From assembly GCF_009914755.1 (NCBI RefSeq), contig NC_060937.1: a stretch of 64,000 nucleotides of DNA. One strand, 5' to 3'. A program made the translations under genes and the position numbers. The notes under the pieces were generated by a model. It saw only the letters and a list, made by a program, of their open reading frames with translations, was not told the DNA's origin and ran no database searches. This DNA is from the human T2T-CHM13v2.0 reference genome, Homo sapiens. Below, one piece after another: positions 43,411 to 56,600 of this stretch (its first letter is position 1; every line of letters starts with the position of its first letter).

Positions 43411-43829
43411 TGTGTTAGTCCATTTGCATTGCTATAAAGGAATATCTAAGGCTGAGTAATTTATAAAGAAAATAGGTTTATTTGGTCCACAGTTCTGCAG
43501 GCTGTATAAGCACAATACCAAAACATCAGCTTGGCTTCCGTGGAGGTCTCCAGAAGTTTTTACTCATGGTGGAATGTGAAGGGGGAGCAGGCATATCACG
43601 TGGCAAGAGAGGGAGCAAGAGAGAAAGAAGGAGAGAGATTCCTTTCAGCAAACAGAGAGATTCTTTTTAATAACTAGATCTCACATGAAATTACCACTGC
43701 GAGGACACTATGCTATTCACGAGGGATACACCCTCATGATCCAAACACCTCCTGCCAACCTCCATCTCCCACACTGAATATTACATTTCATCATGAATTT
43801 TGGAGGGGACAAACATTCAAAACATACCA
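43411..43829 (-). mobile_element. MSTB-like MaLR solo LTR
   Basis: 'tgtgttagtccatttgcattgctataaagg...ttttggaggggacaaacattcaaaacatacca'; TSD aatgt/gatgt. Confidence 0.88.
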
Positions 43830-45089
43830 GATGTTATGTCAGCAAAAACATATTTTATTTAGAATTACTTTGAGACATTAAAATACCACCTGTGCTATGT
43901 TTTGTTTGTTTCAAAAAGCACTGACATGCTCAGCAGCAATTCTTTATTTACTCTAAGCTCCACATGTGTTGTATATGTCCCCTGTAGAGAATTTCCATAG
44001 ATTGGTGATTGCAAGCTAAATCTGTGTTTGGGATTGTGCCATGCTGTTTTATTGTCATAAGTTAAAATTTTGAAGTCTAGAAAAGTGACAATAGCAATAA
44101 GATGAGGTAAATATACTTCAAATATTTATTCCATGATTTCTAAAACACACAAGGGAAGGCTAACATGGAGAATGGCTTTGTTTCAATTATTTCAAGGAAT
44201 GGTCTTCTTGCCATGTATTATGTGGGAAACAGCTACTTTATTTTTCCAAGTTCATAATAATTACATAAGGGAAGTGAAAAAGATAAGAATATTAATGCAG
44301 AGAGAACTAGTGAAACGTGATAGCAGAGGTAAAGATATTTTAGATAAAACAGAATACATATAACAAGAAAAAGGAAAACAAAATAAGGTGAAATGTGAAA
44401 GAGGAATATATTTAAAAGAAAGAAGCCACTGTAAAAAAAACTTAGGGAGAAAAACTCAAGAGTGAAATCCATTTTCAATAGTACTATTCTATTATTAAAA
44501 AAAGCAGTTTGATGTATCTATGACTACAGGTGGCAGAACTAATTGGAAAAAGTGGTATTTATAAGGGAGAAACGTTGGTGTCCCTTTAAAACTTTATCAT
44601 AACTCAATAGAATATAGTATATGAAAACTTTTCAGATTATGAATATGGCAAAATGGAAATAAATAATAATCAGGCTGCTGCTTACAAAAAAATCAATCAA
44701 GACTAAGTACAATAAAGCAAACAATAAAATGACAGCAATATATTTTTAAATAAACAAAACAAAAGATAAAAGCTCCTTATCATTGTATCTAAAACTGTAG
44801 GCTTCATGATATCATATCCTGCAAATAACTGCCTGACCAAAGAACTTCTCTCTCAGTCATGATTCATCTGTAGTTAAATATTATACTTATATTGAGATAC
44901 TTACCTAAATGTTTTCTCTCTAAAGAAATTTTTTTTCCTACATATTTTTTAAAAATCTTATTTGCATGGACATTTATTACATATTTATTCAATTAATCTT
45001 TTAAAAATATAAAAAGTAATTTCCTTACAAAATTCCATTTATATTGAAGTTTAGTAATTTTTTGACTGCCATTTCATTTAAGACCCTGT

Positions 45090-45487
45090 TTATTTTTTCA
45101 TGTTGCCCTACCTTATCAGTCTTCTCATTTCAAAATCTATCTGCTTTTACTCTCTGAATGTGTTCATTCTTCTGGCCCCCAGACTCTTACACATTTAGTT
45201 TATTCTTCTAGATATATGATATATTCATGTCTAACTCTTACTCATCCTTTGGATCTGAGCTTAGAGATTATTTCTTCTTAGAGACTTTCATTCTCTTCTG
45301 TGATTCAACATCTTGTTCTGCATAACACTCATTTCCATTATTCTTCACCAATCTCTGTCTTTCCTGCTAATCCACATACACAATGAAGATAACTAACATC
45401 TCTGTCTTGTTTTCCATGTTTCATCATCTCTGTAACTAAGAGATTGGTGAATTATATGTTCTAAATACATTATATGTAAAATAAATG
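45090..45487 (+). mobile_element. L2 3' fragment
   Basis: 'taactcttactcatcctttggatctgagctt' and a degenerate L2 tail. Confidence 0.55.
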
Positions 45488-45944
45488 TTCTTTTAATGGT
45501 TATAATTACTAGCCTATTTTAACATTCTGCTTTTTAATAAATATAGGTAATATGTCTTGTTTTATTAAAATATTTAGTTTTTATTTATCCTGACCATTAT
45601 TGTAGTGAAATGACATGCAGTGCCTTTAAGTATTCTCTTCTAATAAAATGATGAAATATGATATTTATCCACTTATATCCATTGGTTATTAAACATTTAT
45701 TATGTCTTATGTGTCAGGCTTAAGGGAGCACTCTCCAGTAACTATTTTCAATGCTACTGAAAACAAAAGAGGATTGGATGATAATTAATTGAAGAACAGG
45801 CTATTATAATTATAATTAGCTATGTTAATATAGCTAAAGATTGAAAGACAAACCTCTTTTATGCTTCAATAATTGTTATAGTTCACCTTGAAAAGTAGAT
45901 TTCTGTGTCTACATGTTCTACTTGCTGAAATATATTTGTAAGAC

Positions 45945-46370
45945 AATGTTATTGAGGTGTTATTGACATACAAATGCTGTACATATTTAATGTATACCAC
46001 TTGATAAGTTTGGAGATAAGTATATATCCTTGAAACCATCATCACAGACTATGACATAAATCTATGCAACATCTTCAAAAGTTTTCTCCAATCTTCTTAT
46101 TTAATATTATTTTTAGTGATGAGAACAAAACATAAGGTCTACCCTCTTACCAAATTTTTAAGTATACAATACAATATTATCAACTGTAGGTGCTACGCTG
46201 TACAGTAAATTTCTAGGACTTAGGCATCTTATATAACCATACCTTTGAACCCTGACTAATACCTCCCTCAGCCTCTGGCAACTACCATTCCACTCTTTGC
46301 TTTCATGAGTTTGTCTACTTTACAGTCATAACATAAGTGATATCATGTAGCAGTTGTCCTTCTGTGTCAG
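45945..46370 (-). mobile_element. L1MA9/L1MB-like 3' fragment
   Basis: 'ttattgaggtgttattgacatac...ctggcaactaccattccactct'. Confidence 0.8.
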
Positions 46371-47533
46371 TTAAAAATGTTTTTGTTTTAAATTACATTT
46401 AGTATATATTTAGCTTAACTAAATATTCATTAAAACAATTTTTTAAATGTTTAGATTTACATTGTTTTATACTGCACTAAATTTCTATTCTGTTAGTAAC
46501 AATAAAACTATTGTTACATAACATTATGAATTAAACAAATGTTATTAATAAGACAAAAAAGTCAATAAGCAAGCACATTTTTGAGACTAGAAATATAACA
46601 TGTTTCCGAAATTATGATTTACTATGGCATGCAACTAAAATTTTATTAGGTAACAATGTAAGAAAGTAAATAAAAAATGAATGTTCATTAGAAAATAATT
46701 ATGAGGTCAGTCTTATAATAATAGGAACTTAATATATTGAATACCAAATTTTCCAAAAGCATTATTAAAGCACATGTATATTAAAGTTCAAAAATACTTT
46801 AGAAAATTCTTATGTATTTATGTGCAATCACTTTCTAATTCACTTAATCTTCCAAAATTGTCTTTCACATATGTCTTTCTCTTTTTAATATATTATTTTC
46901 AGCCTAGTATTTGTGAACTATATATGCCACATTTTAATTTCTTAAATATTTTACAATAAATTATCTTCAATTCCAATAAAAGATAATGCTGATATTTTTA
47001 AATTTAGTGTCATTAAATTAATTCCCGAATATTAAATAGTATCAAGGCAAAAGCACTAATAAAAATATTGAAAGTAAAAATGTTAATATGACAACTTATA
47101 TTTAAATGTCTGCATTTATCTGTAGCAACTGTTTTGGTATATTTAATATTTCTTTTTTCTTATTTGCTTTCTCATTCTAAATTATATTTTAAAGTCACCT
47201 TAAACAGTTAATGGCTTCTCAGAATACTTTTAAATACACAGCAAAAAAAATCTTCTCTAGAAAATCTAGTTAATGTTATGTTACATTAAAATGTGTATGA
47301 ATTCATTATTAAGTGTATTTAAATTGGATGTGGAGAAATATGAACAGTTCGTTAAGTGATACAAGTGAAAAAGTAAGATTCAGAATAAAATTAGTTGAAG
47401 AAAGGTAAGGTGATGCATACAGCAATGTTTTTATGAAGCTATGTTACTCTATACTTTATTAGGAATTGTAAGTAAACACTAAAACAACAAAAAGCCCTGC
47501 ACATATCTTTACTTTTACAACTAAGAATGCCAT

Positions 47534-47942
47534 TGTATTAGTCTGTTTACACACTGCTATAAAGACACTATTGGAGACTGAATAATTTATAAAGGAAAAA
47601 GGCTCAATTGACTCACAGTTTCGCATGGCTGGGAAGGCCTCAGGAAACTTACAATCATGGTGAAAGGGGAAGCAGGCACATCTTACATGGTGGGAAGTGA
47701 GAGACAGAGAGAGAGAGAGAGAGACAGAGAGAGAGAGAGAGAAAGAGAGAAAATAAAAAGCCAGGGGAAACTGCCATTTAGAAAACCATCAGCTCTCATG
47801 AGAATTCCCTCACTATCAGGAGAACATCATGAGGGAAACTGCCCCCATGATCCAGTCACCTCCTACCAGGTCTCTCCCTCAACATCTGTGGATTCCAATT
47901 CAAGATGCAATTTCACTGCGGACACAAAGCCTAACCATATCA
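47534..47942 (-). mobile_element. THE1D-like MaLR solo LTR with internal (GA)n
   Basis: tgtattagtc...ccatatca; perfect TSD gccat at 47529-47533 and 47943-47947. Confidence 0.9.
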
Positions 47943-47966
47943 GCCATTTTAATTGAAAGGGATCAT

Positions 47967-48258
47967 AGCCGGCCGCAGTGGCTCACGCCTGTAATCCCAG
48001 CACTTTGGGAAGCCGAGGCAGGCAGATCACCTGAAGTCAGGAGTTCGAGACGAGCCTGACCAACATGGAGAAACCCCGTCTCTACTAAAAATACAAAATT
48101 AGCTGGGCGTGGTGGCACATGCCTGTAGTCCCAGCTACTCAGGAGGCTGAGGCAAGAGAATAACTTGAACCCTGGAGGCGGAGGTTGCGGTGAGCCGAGA
48201 TCACGCCATTGCACTCCAGACTAGGCAAAAAGAGTGAAACTCCGTCTCAAAAAGAAAA
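47967..48258 (+). mobile_element. AluSp-like
   Basis: Full dimer; TSD gaaa(g/a)ggatcat. Confidence 0.95.
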
Positions 48259-48825
48259 GAAAAGGATCATTCAATATTTGTTGGTGTAAATAGATTATAG
48301 AGTTATACATTTTTTGTGTACTTTCTGAAGATTATGTTGATAAGTACAAATTTATGTGCACACAAACAGGATCTCGTAGAAAATTTCATGTTAGGGTTAC
48401 AGGAATGTACCAAATATATGTAAAAGACCAACACATATAGGTAAAAACAAAACAGTGTTACTTGATCCATACATTTATCTCTGTTTCCAATTTATTTGGA
48501 TATTACTCTTGTGAAGTTCCTTCTATTTAAACTATTTGGCCCTATTTTGGCATTGCCTATTTCCATCTTTTTCTGCCAGTCCATCAGTTTTACAACATGA
48601 TCATAGGTTATGTTTCTGTCATGCTGATTCAATGGTACACAGTCCAGTTCTCTAGTGTTGATTTCCTTCAAGTAGTTAGTCTTAGACTGCATCTTATAAA
48701 CTACTCTGAAGCCAAGGACCCGCATTCCAAGTGCCTCCAAATTTCTGAAGTGCAGCCCCCAAAAGTAAAAGTAAAATAGCAAACTGATATCACTTGGCCT
48801 TATTCAAGTCTCTATGCATTGCTAA

Positions 48826-48856
48826 AAAACAACAACAACAACAACAACAACAACAA
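48826..48856. repeat. (AAC)n microsatellite
   Basis: aacaacaacaacaac... seen directly. Confidence 0.9.
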
Positions 48857-48939
48857 GAAAAAACCATGAGTATCTAAAATAATAAAGCATCAAATATTAC
48901 CTAGGGGATCTGATATGTGTCTCAAAAAAACTAAAATAA

Positions 48940-49075
48940 TAAAGTTAGAATACAGGATTCGGTAGCTTTCAGATGTTGATTCTATTCCTTATTTCAGCCC
49001 CTCACTGCCTGGGTGACTTTGTGCAAGGCATATGACATCCTAAGCTTCAATCCTTATTTTTGTAATGAATTTAAT
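48940..49075 (+). mobile_element. MIR fragment
   Basis: 'ctcactgcctgggtgactttgtgcaagg...aagcttcaatccttatttttgtaatg' resembles the MIR core. Confidence 0.5.
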
Positions 49076-49559
49076 TGAGCATGGGAAGAGCTCAGCTTTG
49101 TGCCTGTCACATGCTTTTTCACGCATTTTTCAGACACATACAAATGGGTAGCTTTAAAACTATAGGAGTAAACTGAACATTTGCCTCTCAACATATAAGA
49201 TTATATATATAAACTCATTTTTGAGATATTGCATAGAGATAGCACATAAAATAGAACAAAAATAGTATTTAAAAGAGAAACTGTGAAAACAAATGTCAAA
49301 TTATATAAACTTTAGAGAGAAAGCAATACTGTAAATCAAGTCCTCTTATAGGTTTTTGAGTTAAAACTGGAAACCCAGTGTCCCTATGATCTTGTTGAAA
49401 GTCTAAAGGAATCATCAAAAACAAAAGCAAAACACAACAATCCAGAAAAGAAAACAACATCCTGCAGGTAGGCAGGAAAGAAGGGAACAAAACAAAAGAT
49501 AGCTTCTAATCTAGTTGATCAAGAAAAATATTTTGTTTACCTTTATATAACAGACATGG

Positions 49560-50123
49560 TAATGTGCAACTCGGATCTGTGTAACATCTCAGATATCTTG
49601 GGAACGTTCCTTATAACTTCTATGAGCAGGCAGCATGCTCCCCTCATCTTGACTAAACTTTTTGCCTTGTAGATAGGCCTCTAGCCCCCATTTTCTTAAT
49701 TTCCTTTAAAAGACTTGCAATTGTAAATTTGTTCTCTGCTCTTTTGTGTTGTAAATCTTCCCAAACTCTTGACAGTTTTACAACCCAGGAATATCTCTCT
49801 GTAGGAACCATCCCTTTGAAATGTAATTATCGAAAAAGATAGTGCTTTTTTTTTTCTTTATCTCTGTGAGAGGGGTGGAGCCTACTTTTGAATAGTGTCA
49901 GTTAGTCAATTAGCAAACATAGATGGTCTAATCACATTGAAAATCTTTTCTCCTGACGTTCTCCAGTGCTTTTCTAGCAGCTTACCACAGGGCTGGAAAA
50001 ATCTCCACCGTTTTTTCCAGAATTCAGTTCAGTCCATGTGAAAGATTCTTTCCCCTACTGCAGTAGCCTGGATAAAATGTCTTATGCTTTTTAAACAAAT
50101 GTCCAGTTAAATTTCTCTTTGAC
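49560..50123 (+). mobile_element. ERV1 solo LTR (MER67/MER89-like)
   Basis: 'cagttttacaacccaggga', 'ccatccctttgaaatgtaa', 'caattagcaaacatagatgg', end 'tttctctttgac'; left boundary uncertain. Confidence 0.55.
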
Positions 50124-50426
50124 GGTCCTTTATTTTATGTTATTTTTACCTATAAATCACCTTTAAAATCCCTTTAATATCAGCTTGAATGGTTAGGATA
50201 CAGTTTTCATACAGGATATATAGCAGGCCTAGATAAAAATGCCATAAAGCAAAGCTTTGTGGATTGCTTTACGTCTTGTTTTAATTTTAGATTTGTTTTC
50301 CTTTTTTTTTTTCTTTTAATTTTCAAAGTGTATTTTTTGTTCCCTGATTTATTATCACCCAGAGAGGAAAATGAAATATCTGACATTAAAATATACTTTG
50401 GTAGAAAGTGTAGTGGAGGAAAGTGT

Positions 50427-51400
50427 TAGTATTCCATGATGTGTATGTATCACATTATCTGGATCCAGTTTGTCATTGCTGGACAGTTAGGCTGATTTCA
50501 CGTCATTCATATTGTGAATAGTGCTGACGTGAACATATGTGTTCATGTGTCTTTATGGTAGAATAATTTATATTCCTTTGGGTACATATCCAGTAATGGG
50601 ATTGCTTGGTTGAATGGCATTTCTGTCTTTAGGTCTTTGAGGAATCACCACATTGTCTTCCACAATGGTTGAACTAATTTACGCCCCCACCAACAGTATA
50701 TGAGCATTCCTTTTTCTCCACAACCTTGCCAGCATCTGTTATTTTTTGACTTTCTAAGAGAAGCCATTCTGACTGGTGTGAGATGGTATCTCATTGTGGT
50801 TTTGATTTGCATTTCTCTAATAACCAGCAATGTTGAGCTTTTTTTAAGTATGATTTTTGGCCACATGCTTCTTTTGAAAAGTGTCTGTCTGTGTTCTTTG
50901 CCCACTTCTTAAATGAGGTTGTTTTTGTTTCTTTTATATTTCTTTAAACTTCTTATAGATGTTGGATATAAGACCTTTGTTGGATGCATAGTTTGCAAGA
51001 ATTTTCTCCCATTCTGTAGGTTGCCTGTTTACTCTGTTGATACTTTCTTTCATCCATAAAAAGGAATGAGATCATGTCCTTTGCAAGAACATGGATGGTA
51101 CTGGAGACCATTATTCTTAGCAAACTAACACAGGAACAGAAAACAAAATATGACATGTTCTCACTGATAAGTGGGAGCTAAATTTTGAAAATACATAGAC
51201 AAAGAGAGGGGAACAACACCTATCGTAAGGTGGAGGGTGAGAGGAGGGAGAGGATCAGGAAAAATAACTAATGGGTACTAGGCTTAATACTTGGGTGATG
51301 AAATAATGTGTACAACGAATCCCCATGACACAAATTTACCTATGTAACAAACCTGCACACATATCCCTGAACTTAAAACCAAAAGTTCAATAAGTAAATA
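50427..51400 (+). mobile_element. L1PA13-like insertion with 5' inversion (50427-51050 antisense, 51051-51400 sense)
   Basis: Antisense ORF2 C-terminus ([19 protein letters not shown]) abutting a sense 3'UTR 'gagaggatcaggaaaaataactaatgggtactaggcttaatac'. Confidence 0.9.
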
Positions 51401-51569
51401 ATGATTTAAGCAAGATGTGCTAGAAAATCTGGTTGTACTTATATTTTTCTTTTAAATCTAAAACAATCTTAATTAGGAATGTAGAGCTGAAATTCAGGAA
51501 AAAGGCATTAGACATTATCTTGCAGATTGAGAAAAGTGGTAACTTCTTGCTACTCCTTTTTAGTTTTAC

Positions 51570-52075
51570 CATTCTCTTACTCTAACTTCTGGAAACCACC
51601 GATCTTGAGCACTGTATAGTTCTCCTACACTATAATTTTATCTTTTAAAAAATAGGATATAAATGACGTCATAGAATATGAAATCTCTTGAAACTGGTCT
51701 ATTTTGTTCATCATAATCCTCTGATATACATCCAACTGGGTACACATATAAGTCATGTATTCATCATTTTTGTTGGTTAATACCTCATTGCATGGATGTA
51801 ACACAGTTTCTTTATCCTTTCACCCACTGAGGGTCTTTTGACTTGTGTCCAGTTTTGGCAATTATAAATAGTGCTATTATAAACAATTATAATAGCTATG
51901 TGCACCCAAGTTTTTATTCCCATAGAAAAAATACCCAATAATGGGATTGGTGGATCATTTTGAAAGTTCATTCTTCAATTTATAAAAAACTAACAAACTA
52001 TTTTCCATTTTTCTTTCTCAGTGGCCAATGCACGAGGGTTTCATTTGCTTCACATAATAAACTAGAGTTTAATTT
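51570..52075 (-). mobile_element. Old L1M (ME/MC-like) 3' fragment
   Basis: 'ttctggaaaccaccgatc' and 'ccagttttggcaattataaatagtgct'. Confidence 0.65.
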
Positions 52076-52994
52076 TTTTATTCTGAAAATAGCATTTGCC
52101 CTGTAAAATATGTGAATTCTATTGTTTATATATAAATACACCCTTTAAGACTAATAATTTTATTTCATTAAAGCATATAGTATGATGAAGAGGAAGAGTT
52201 TTTATTGCTCTAAACATTAAGAAATGCTAAAGTTGGCTTATTTGTGATTAAAACATTGAATAAAATTCCAAGTTATATTAGAAAAGCATAATCATTTTTC
52301 AAAATGAAAAAAATAGTTGTTTTTGTAGTCAACACTGAGTATATAAATCTACCCCCTATGGTGTCAGATACAGATAACTTAATTCAGTTTATAAATAGTG
52401 GCCTAGAGAGTGAAAATAACTTACCTAGTATAAGAGTTCTTATTATTTGTATGAAAATACTTAAACCATGACTCTTAAGATTCAGGTAGATTCCTTTTTT
52501 TCAGTATACTACACAGCAATAACTTCCCATTTCTTTTTCAATTGTCATACACATCAGTTTGTCATTAGTGTTTTTGTCGGTTTACTTATTTTTTAATACT
52601 GACTTTGATTTCTTTCTTTTATCTTTGTAGGAGAATAATAAGAATCAGAATCAAATAAGTAGTGTTCAATTTGCTAGCTAATATTCAGGCCATTACAAGT
52701 ATTTATAATGTTAAAATAACAGGAAGCATCTAAAATGAAGGAACAGATTGTATAAAGCAGAATAGGAGATCAGAGGCCACGGACAGAAATGAATAAAATA
52801 TAAAAAATAAAATAAAGGAAAAATATATTTAAGTGTTGGAAAAACCAGCTCAAAATTTGTGACATAGATGTAATTTAAGTCTGGAAGCAGAAAAAAGAAA
52901 GTGTGGACAAAGCAATATTTGAAGATTTATGTACAACATTTTCCCATAACATAGGAATGATATAACATAAAGATTAAAGATGTGGAAGAAACTC

Positions 52995-53559
52995 TGTAGA
53001 AAGTACAAAAGTTCCTCTTCAAAGCTTGTCTTGGTTTAAAAATAATAGACACTAGAAATAATAGCTTCTTACTCTAAAGCCTCCTATCAACTATTAGTTC
53101 TTACACTTTAGCCCAGTTAGTTGCTTTGGCTTACTCAGGCATGTCTGGATAGGCCTAGGCAAGTCTTGGCTCATAGCTTATGCCCTTTCCTTATTTTGGA
53201 AATGTTATTGCTTCCTTAAACCTTTTGTAAGCAACTTCCTCTCCTTCTTTGTTCTTCCTTGCACTTACCTATTTAGGGAAGTTTTAGGTTATTAGCAAAT
53301 CGGGTATCAGTTTAACATTGTGAGGTCCAGCTCCAGTCAATGGATGCAGGACACAGCAGTAAGGACAACCCAAATGCGTAAGGAATAAATACAGGTGCTT
53401 TTCCTTTGTTGAAGTGTGCTCTCGCCATTGTTCCATCTGTGATTGAGCACCTTTTTTGCAGAAAGTAAAGATTGCCTTACTTTGAGATCTTTTGTCTCTG
53501 TGCTGACTTTTCTTTGCGGCACCAATTATGTATTTCTAACAATTTTGGTATTTCTACCA
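52995..53559 (+). mobile_element. LTR10-family (HERV-I) solo LTR, LTR10C/D/E-like
   Basis: 'tgtagaaagtacaaaagttcctcttcaaag' start, 'ggatgcaggacacagcagtaaggac', polyA-like agtaaa, CA end; perfect 5-bp TSD aactc at 52990-52994 and 53560-53564. Confidence 0.88.
53137..53166. promoter_or_regulatory. p53 response-element-like triple decamer in LTR10
   Basis: AGGCATGTCT - GGATAGGCCT - AGGCAAGTCT; outer two are perfect RRRCWWGYYY half-sites. Confidence 0.55.
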
Positions 53560-53584
53560 AACTCCAAACACTAAACAAACTAAA

Positions 53585-53617
53585 ACACACACACACACAC
53601 ACACACACGGACACACA
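53585..53617. repeat. (CA)n microsatellite
   Basis: acacacacacacacacacacacac seen directly. Confidence 0.9.
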
Positions 53618-56600
53618 TAAGCTCATACTGCTAAAATGGGAGGAAATTACGGATGAAATTTTAACAGCTTCCACAAGGACGAAAGACATATTACTCTCAC
53701 AGGATGAACACTAAATATAAAAACTTAATTCTCAGTAAAAATCACAAACAAAAAACAAAAAAAGAATTCCTTGAAATCTACTAAAAAAGATTAAAAAAGA
53801 AAATAAATATCAAACTATTAGTATCATACATTTATAAAAAGGACATAAGCACTGACTTTGTAGAAATTGTGACTTTATATTAACATATTTGACAATTAAG
53901 ATTAAATGGAATAAACTTCTCAAAACATAACATTTACCAAATCTCATAAAAGAATAAACAAAAAGTTTCTAAAAAATATATATAGAACAGAAATTGTATT
54001 ATTCATTAATACTCATTTCACAGGGAAACCCCAGGCTCACCTTTCATTGACTTCATCAAGGAATTATCATAAATATTTAATCTTCTATATAATCTTAACT
54101 CAACATTACACAGTTATTCAAAGATTAGAAAAAGAGAAATTTACTGTCAGACATTTTTGCAGCTAACATAAATTTGATCCTATGATATTACTATCCAATT
54201 TCCTGTCAGTGCATTGAAAAAGAAAAATTGGCAGGACTGATTTTGGATTATGGGGTCTAGTTTCTACTAGATGGGGTCTAGTTTACCACCTGTGACTAAG
54301 AGCAAGCTATTTTGCCTTTGAAAAATAGGTCTCTAAATACTTCTCTGATGACTAGTAGGATTTCATAATTTGTATACCTATATCTCTGTATTTGATACTT
54401 ATCTGAGGACTAATACTTATATTAATACTTCTCCAGTGACTAATACTTATATTAATATTTGTATTAAATTAATACAGATTAGTATGAATATAATATATAA
54501 GCATATGACATTTTGTTAGTCATCTGATAAGTATTTGGAGATATATATATATGTTTATATATGTATATTTGTGTATGTATGTGTATATAGAGAGAGAAAC
54601 AGAGAGAAGAAGAAATCTTCACACAGTACTTGGCATGTACTAAGTGCTATCTACACAACAGAATTATTAATAATAATGTGTTCAGTAAGTAAATTTATTG
54701 AATAACAATCATTATTACCATTATCATTTTGTCAAATACTTTTACATCTTGACTCAAGAAAAATGTTTCTTTTAATTGTCCTCAAAAAATCACTTCCATG
54801 TTCTTTACATGTTTTGTAACAGTCATAAGATGTGTGAATATGTTTTTTTGATAAATCTTTCAATATTTTATTTAAAGAGCCACTCTAAGTGTTCTGCATT
54901 CTATATGCTAATATAAAATATTTAATTATATCCTTTTATTGATTTTTAATAATCTATATTTCAAAATTTGGGAGGTATTCTACTCTTTAAATAATACATT
55001 ATTTTAGCTTTCAAAATTTATGAAATTCTGCATATTATGTGTTCTTGGTTGTCATCTTTCTCCATCTCTCTGGGAGGCTCTGTGGCAGCTATTAATGATT
55101 GCCCTGTATGGAAAGAAAATGGCAAGTAGTGGGTTTTTCTGACCCTGGGATCCATCGATTTATGGAGCATGGCTCCTTGGATATTGTCACATAAGCTATG
55201 GAACTATCTGAGGAACTCTTCTGAGTATAAAACAGAGATATGTCATGGCCCAAGCAGCTCTACTTGTGCAAGCTCAGTGAGCATTTGCATTTCTTGGAGT
55301 CTTGGATGTGAATCTGGGCCAGAGCACTTCCTATTTTGGCTGCAAGGAACCCATCCAACAACTTTGGAAGTCTTGAACTTGTCTTGCCTGGCTTTTCCAG
55401 TGTCTCCTTCACCTCTACGGTAGAGCTTCCTAGTAAGTAAAATCTTCGAATCCTGAGTCCACAGTGATCAACTGCTTCTGTGCTGTCTCAGATAAGCATT
55501 GTAAGCAATATTGTCTTTCAGATGCACAGATCATAATGACAAAAGCCCTTTTTTGGCAGACAAAAGAGGGAATAAAAAGGAATATGATGAGTATTTGATT
55601 CCAGAAGGACTGCCTACTCATCACCCATACAGTGTGGCAAAAGGCTTGACCCTGAGGTACATCTCATGAAAGGAACTTGGAAGAAATACATCTACACCTG
55701 GCAGAGATGTCTAACTGGACAAAATGCAAGACAGAAAGTACACAAGAAAATGGCTTTTGTTAACAGTCCTGTTAAAAGTAGACCTCTAAAACTAAAGGCT
55801 GGGGCAACTCGAGAAAAATTCTCCTCTAGAAGCCTTCTTAAGCTTCTTGACTAAATGGGCAGATATTAGATTAACTCATGAAATCACTTACTTAAAAAAA
55901 ATTGACTACTCAAACAACTATACAGGTAGGTAGAAGCCATGGCTGGTTGATTACAGAATGCAGAGGATATCCTATTAAAGAGTGAAGACCTTTTATAGAG
56001 AAATGGTTAGTAGAAGCCTGGTGAATCATGATTGTCATATAGTTTTAGGAAGAATCTACCTGAAACCATATTGCTAATTCCATAGATTGCTGAGTGGAAA
56101 GGATTATTTGGTTATTTGGTTTGATGATGAGTCCCCATGTGGCTTCAATCTTTTATAAGTAGAAAACTTCAGTGTGTCCCTATCCTGCTACAGTGCATGA
56201 AGGAGAGGGATTGGGAAGATCCACTCTAAAAATAGAAACTGATCCATCTGCTCACTCATTACCTCAAAAATGTATATAATTGTTTGGAAATTGCAGGAAT
56301 GAGAGAGCACAAACAGATCTAGACTGGCTGTATGATGACTAATGGATTACAGCTAATTTAATATTACTGATGCAAATGATGCTAGATAATTATACAGCTC
56401 GTGGATGTAATAAACACAATAGAAACTGTATGCTTCCAGTTACACTTTATGATGTCATTTCACCAAGGCACACATTAAATTAACGTGAAGGCTTTAGTCT
56501 TTCCTTTGGGATTCAGATTTCACATAATTTGGCAGTAATGAGACTGTTGTTGCCCCAGTTTTTCTGTGTGAATGTTAACATTTCGTTTGTTTGTGCTTCC

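Larger units (their letters stand above)
52700..54190 (+). mobile_element. Old L1M fragments (sense), interrupted by LTR10
   Basis: A-rich ORF1/ORF2-like remnants ('aagcaatatttgaaga', 'gaaaccccaggctca'); boundaries approximate. Confidence 0.55.

Noticed and set aside
54250-54457. Repeat-spacer-repeat patterns superficially like CRISPR
   Set aside because: Only two copies each, very short spacers, eukaryotic context, no cas genes
55050-55900. GC-richer unassigned block with short ORFs (55169-55423, 55666-55854)
   Set aside because: No recognisable protein, repeat termini or motif cluster; cannot be supported without a database search
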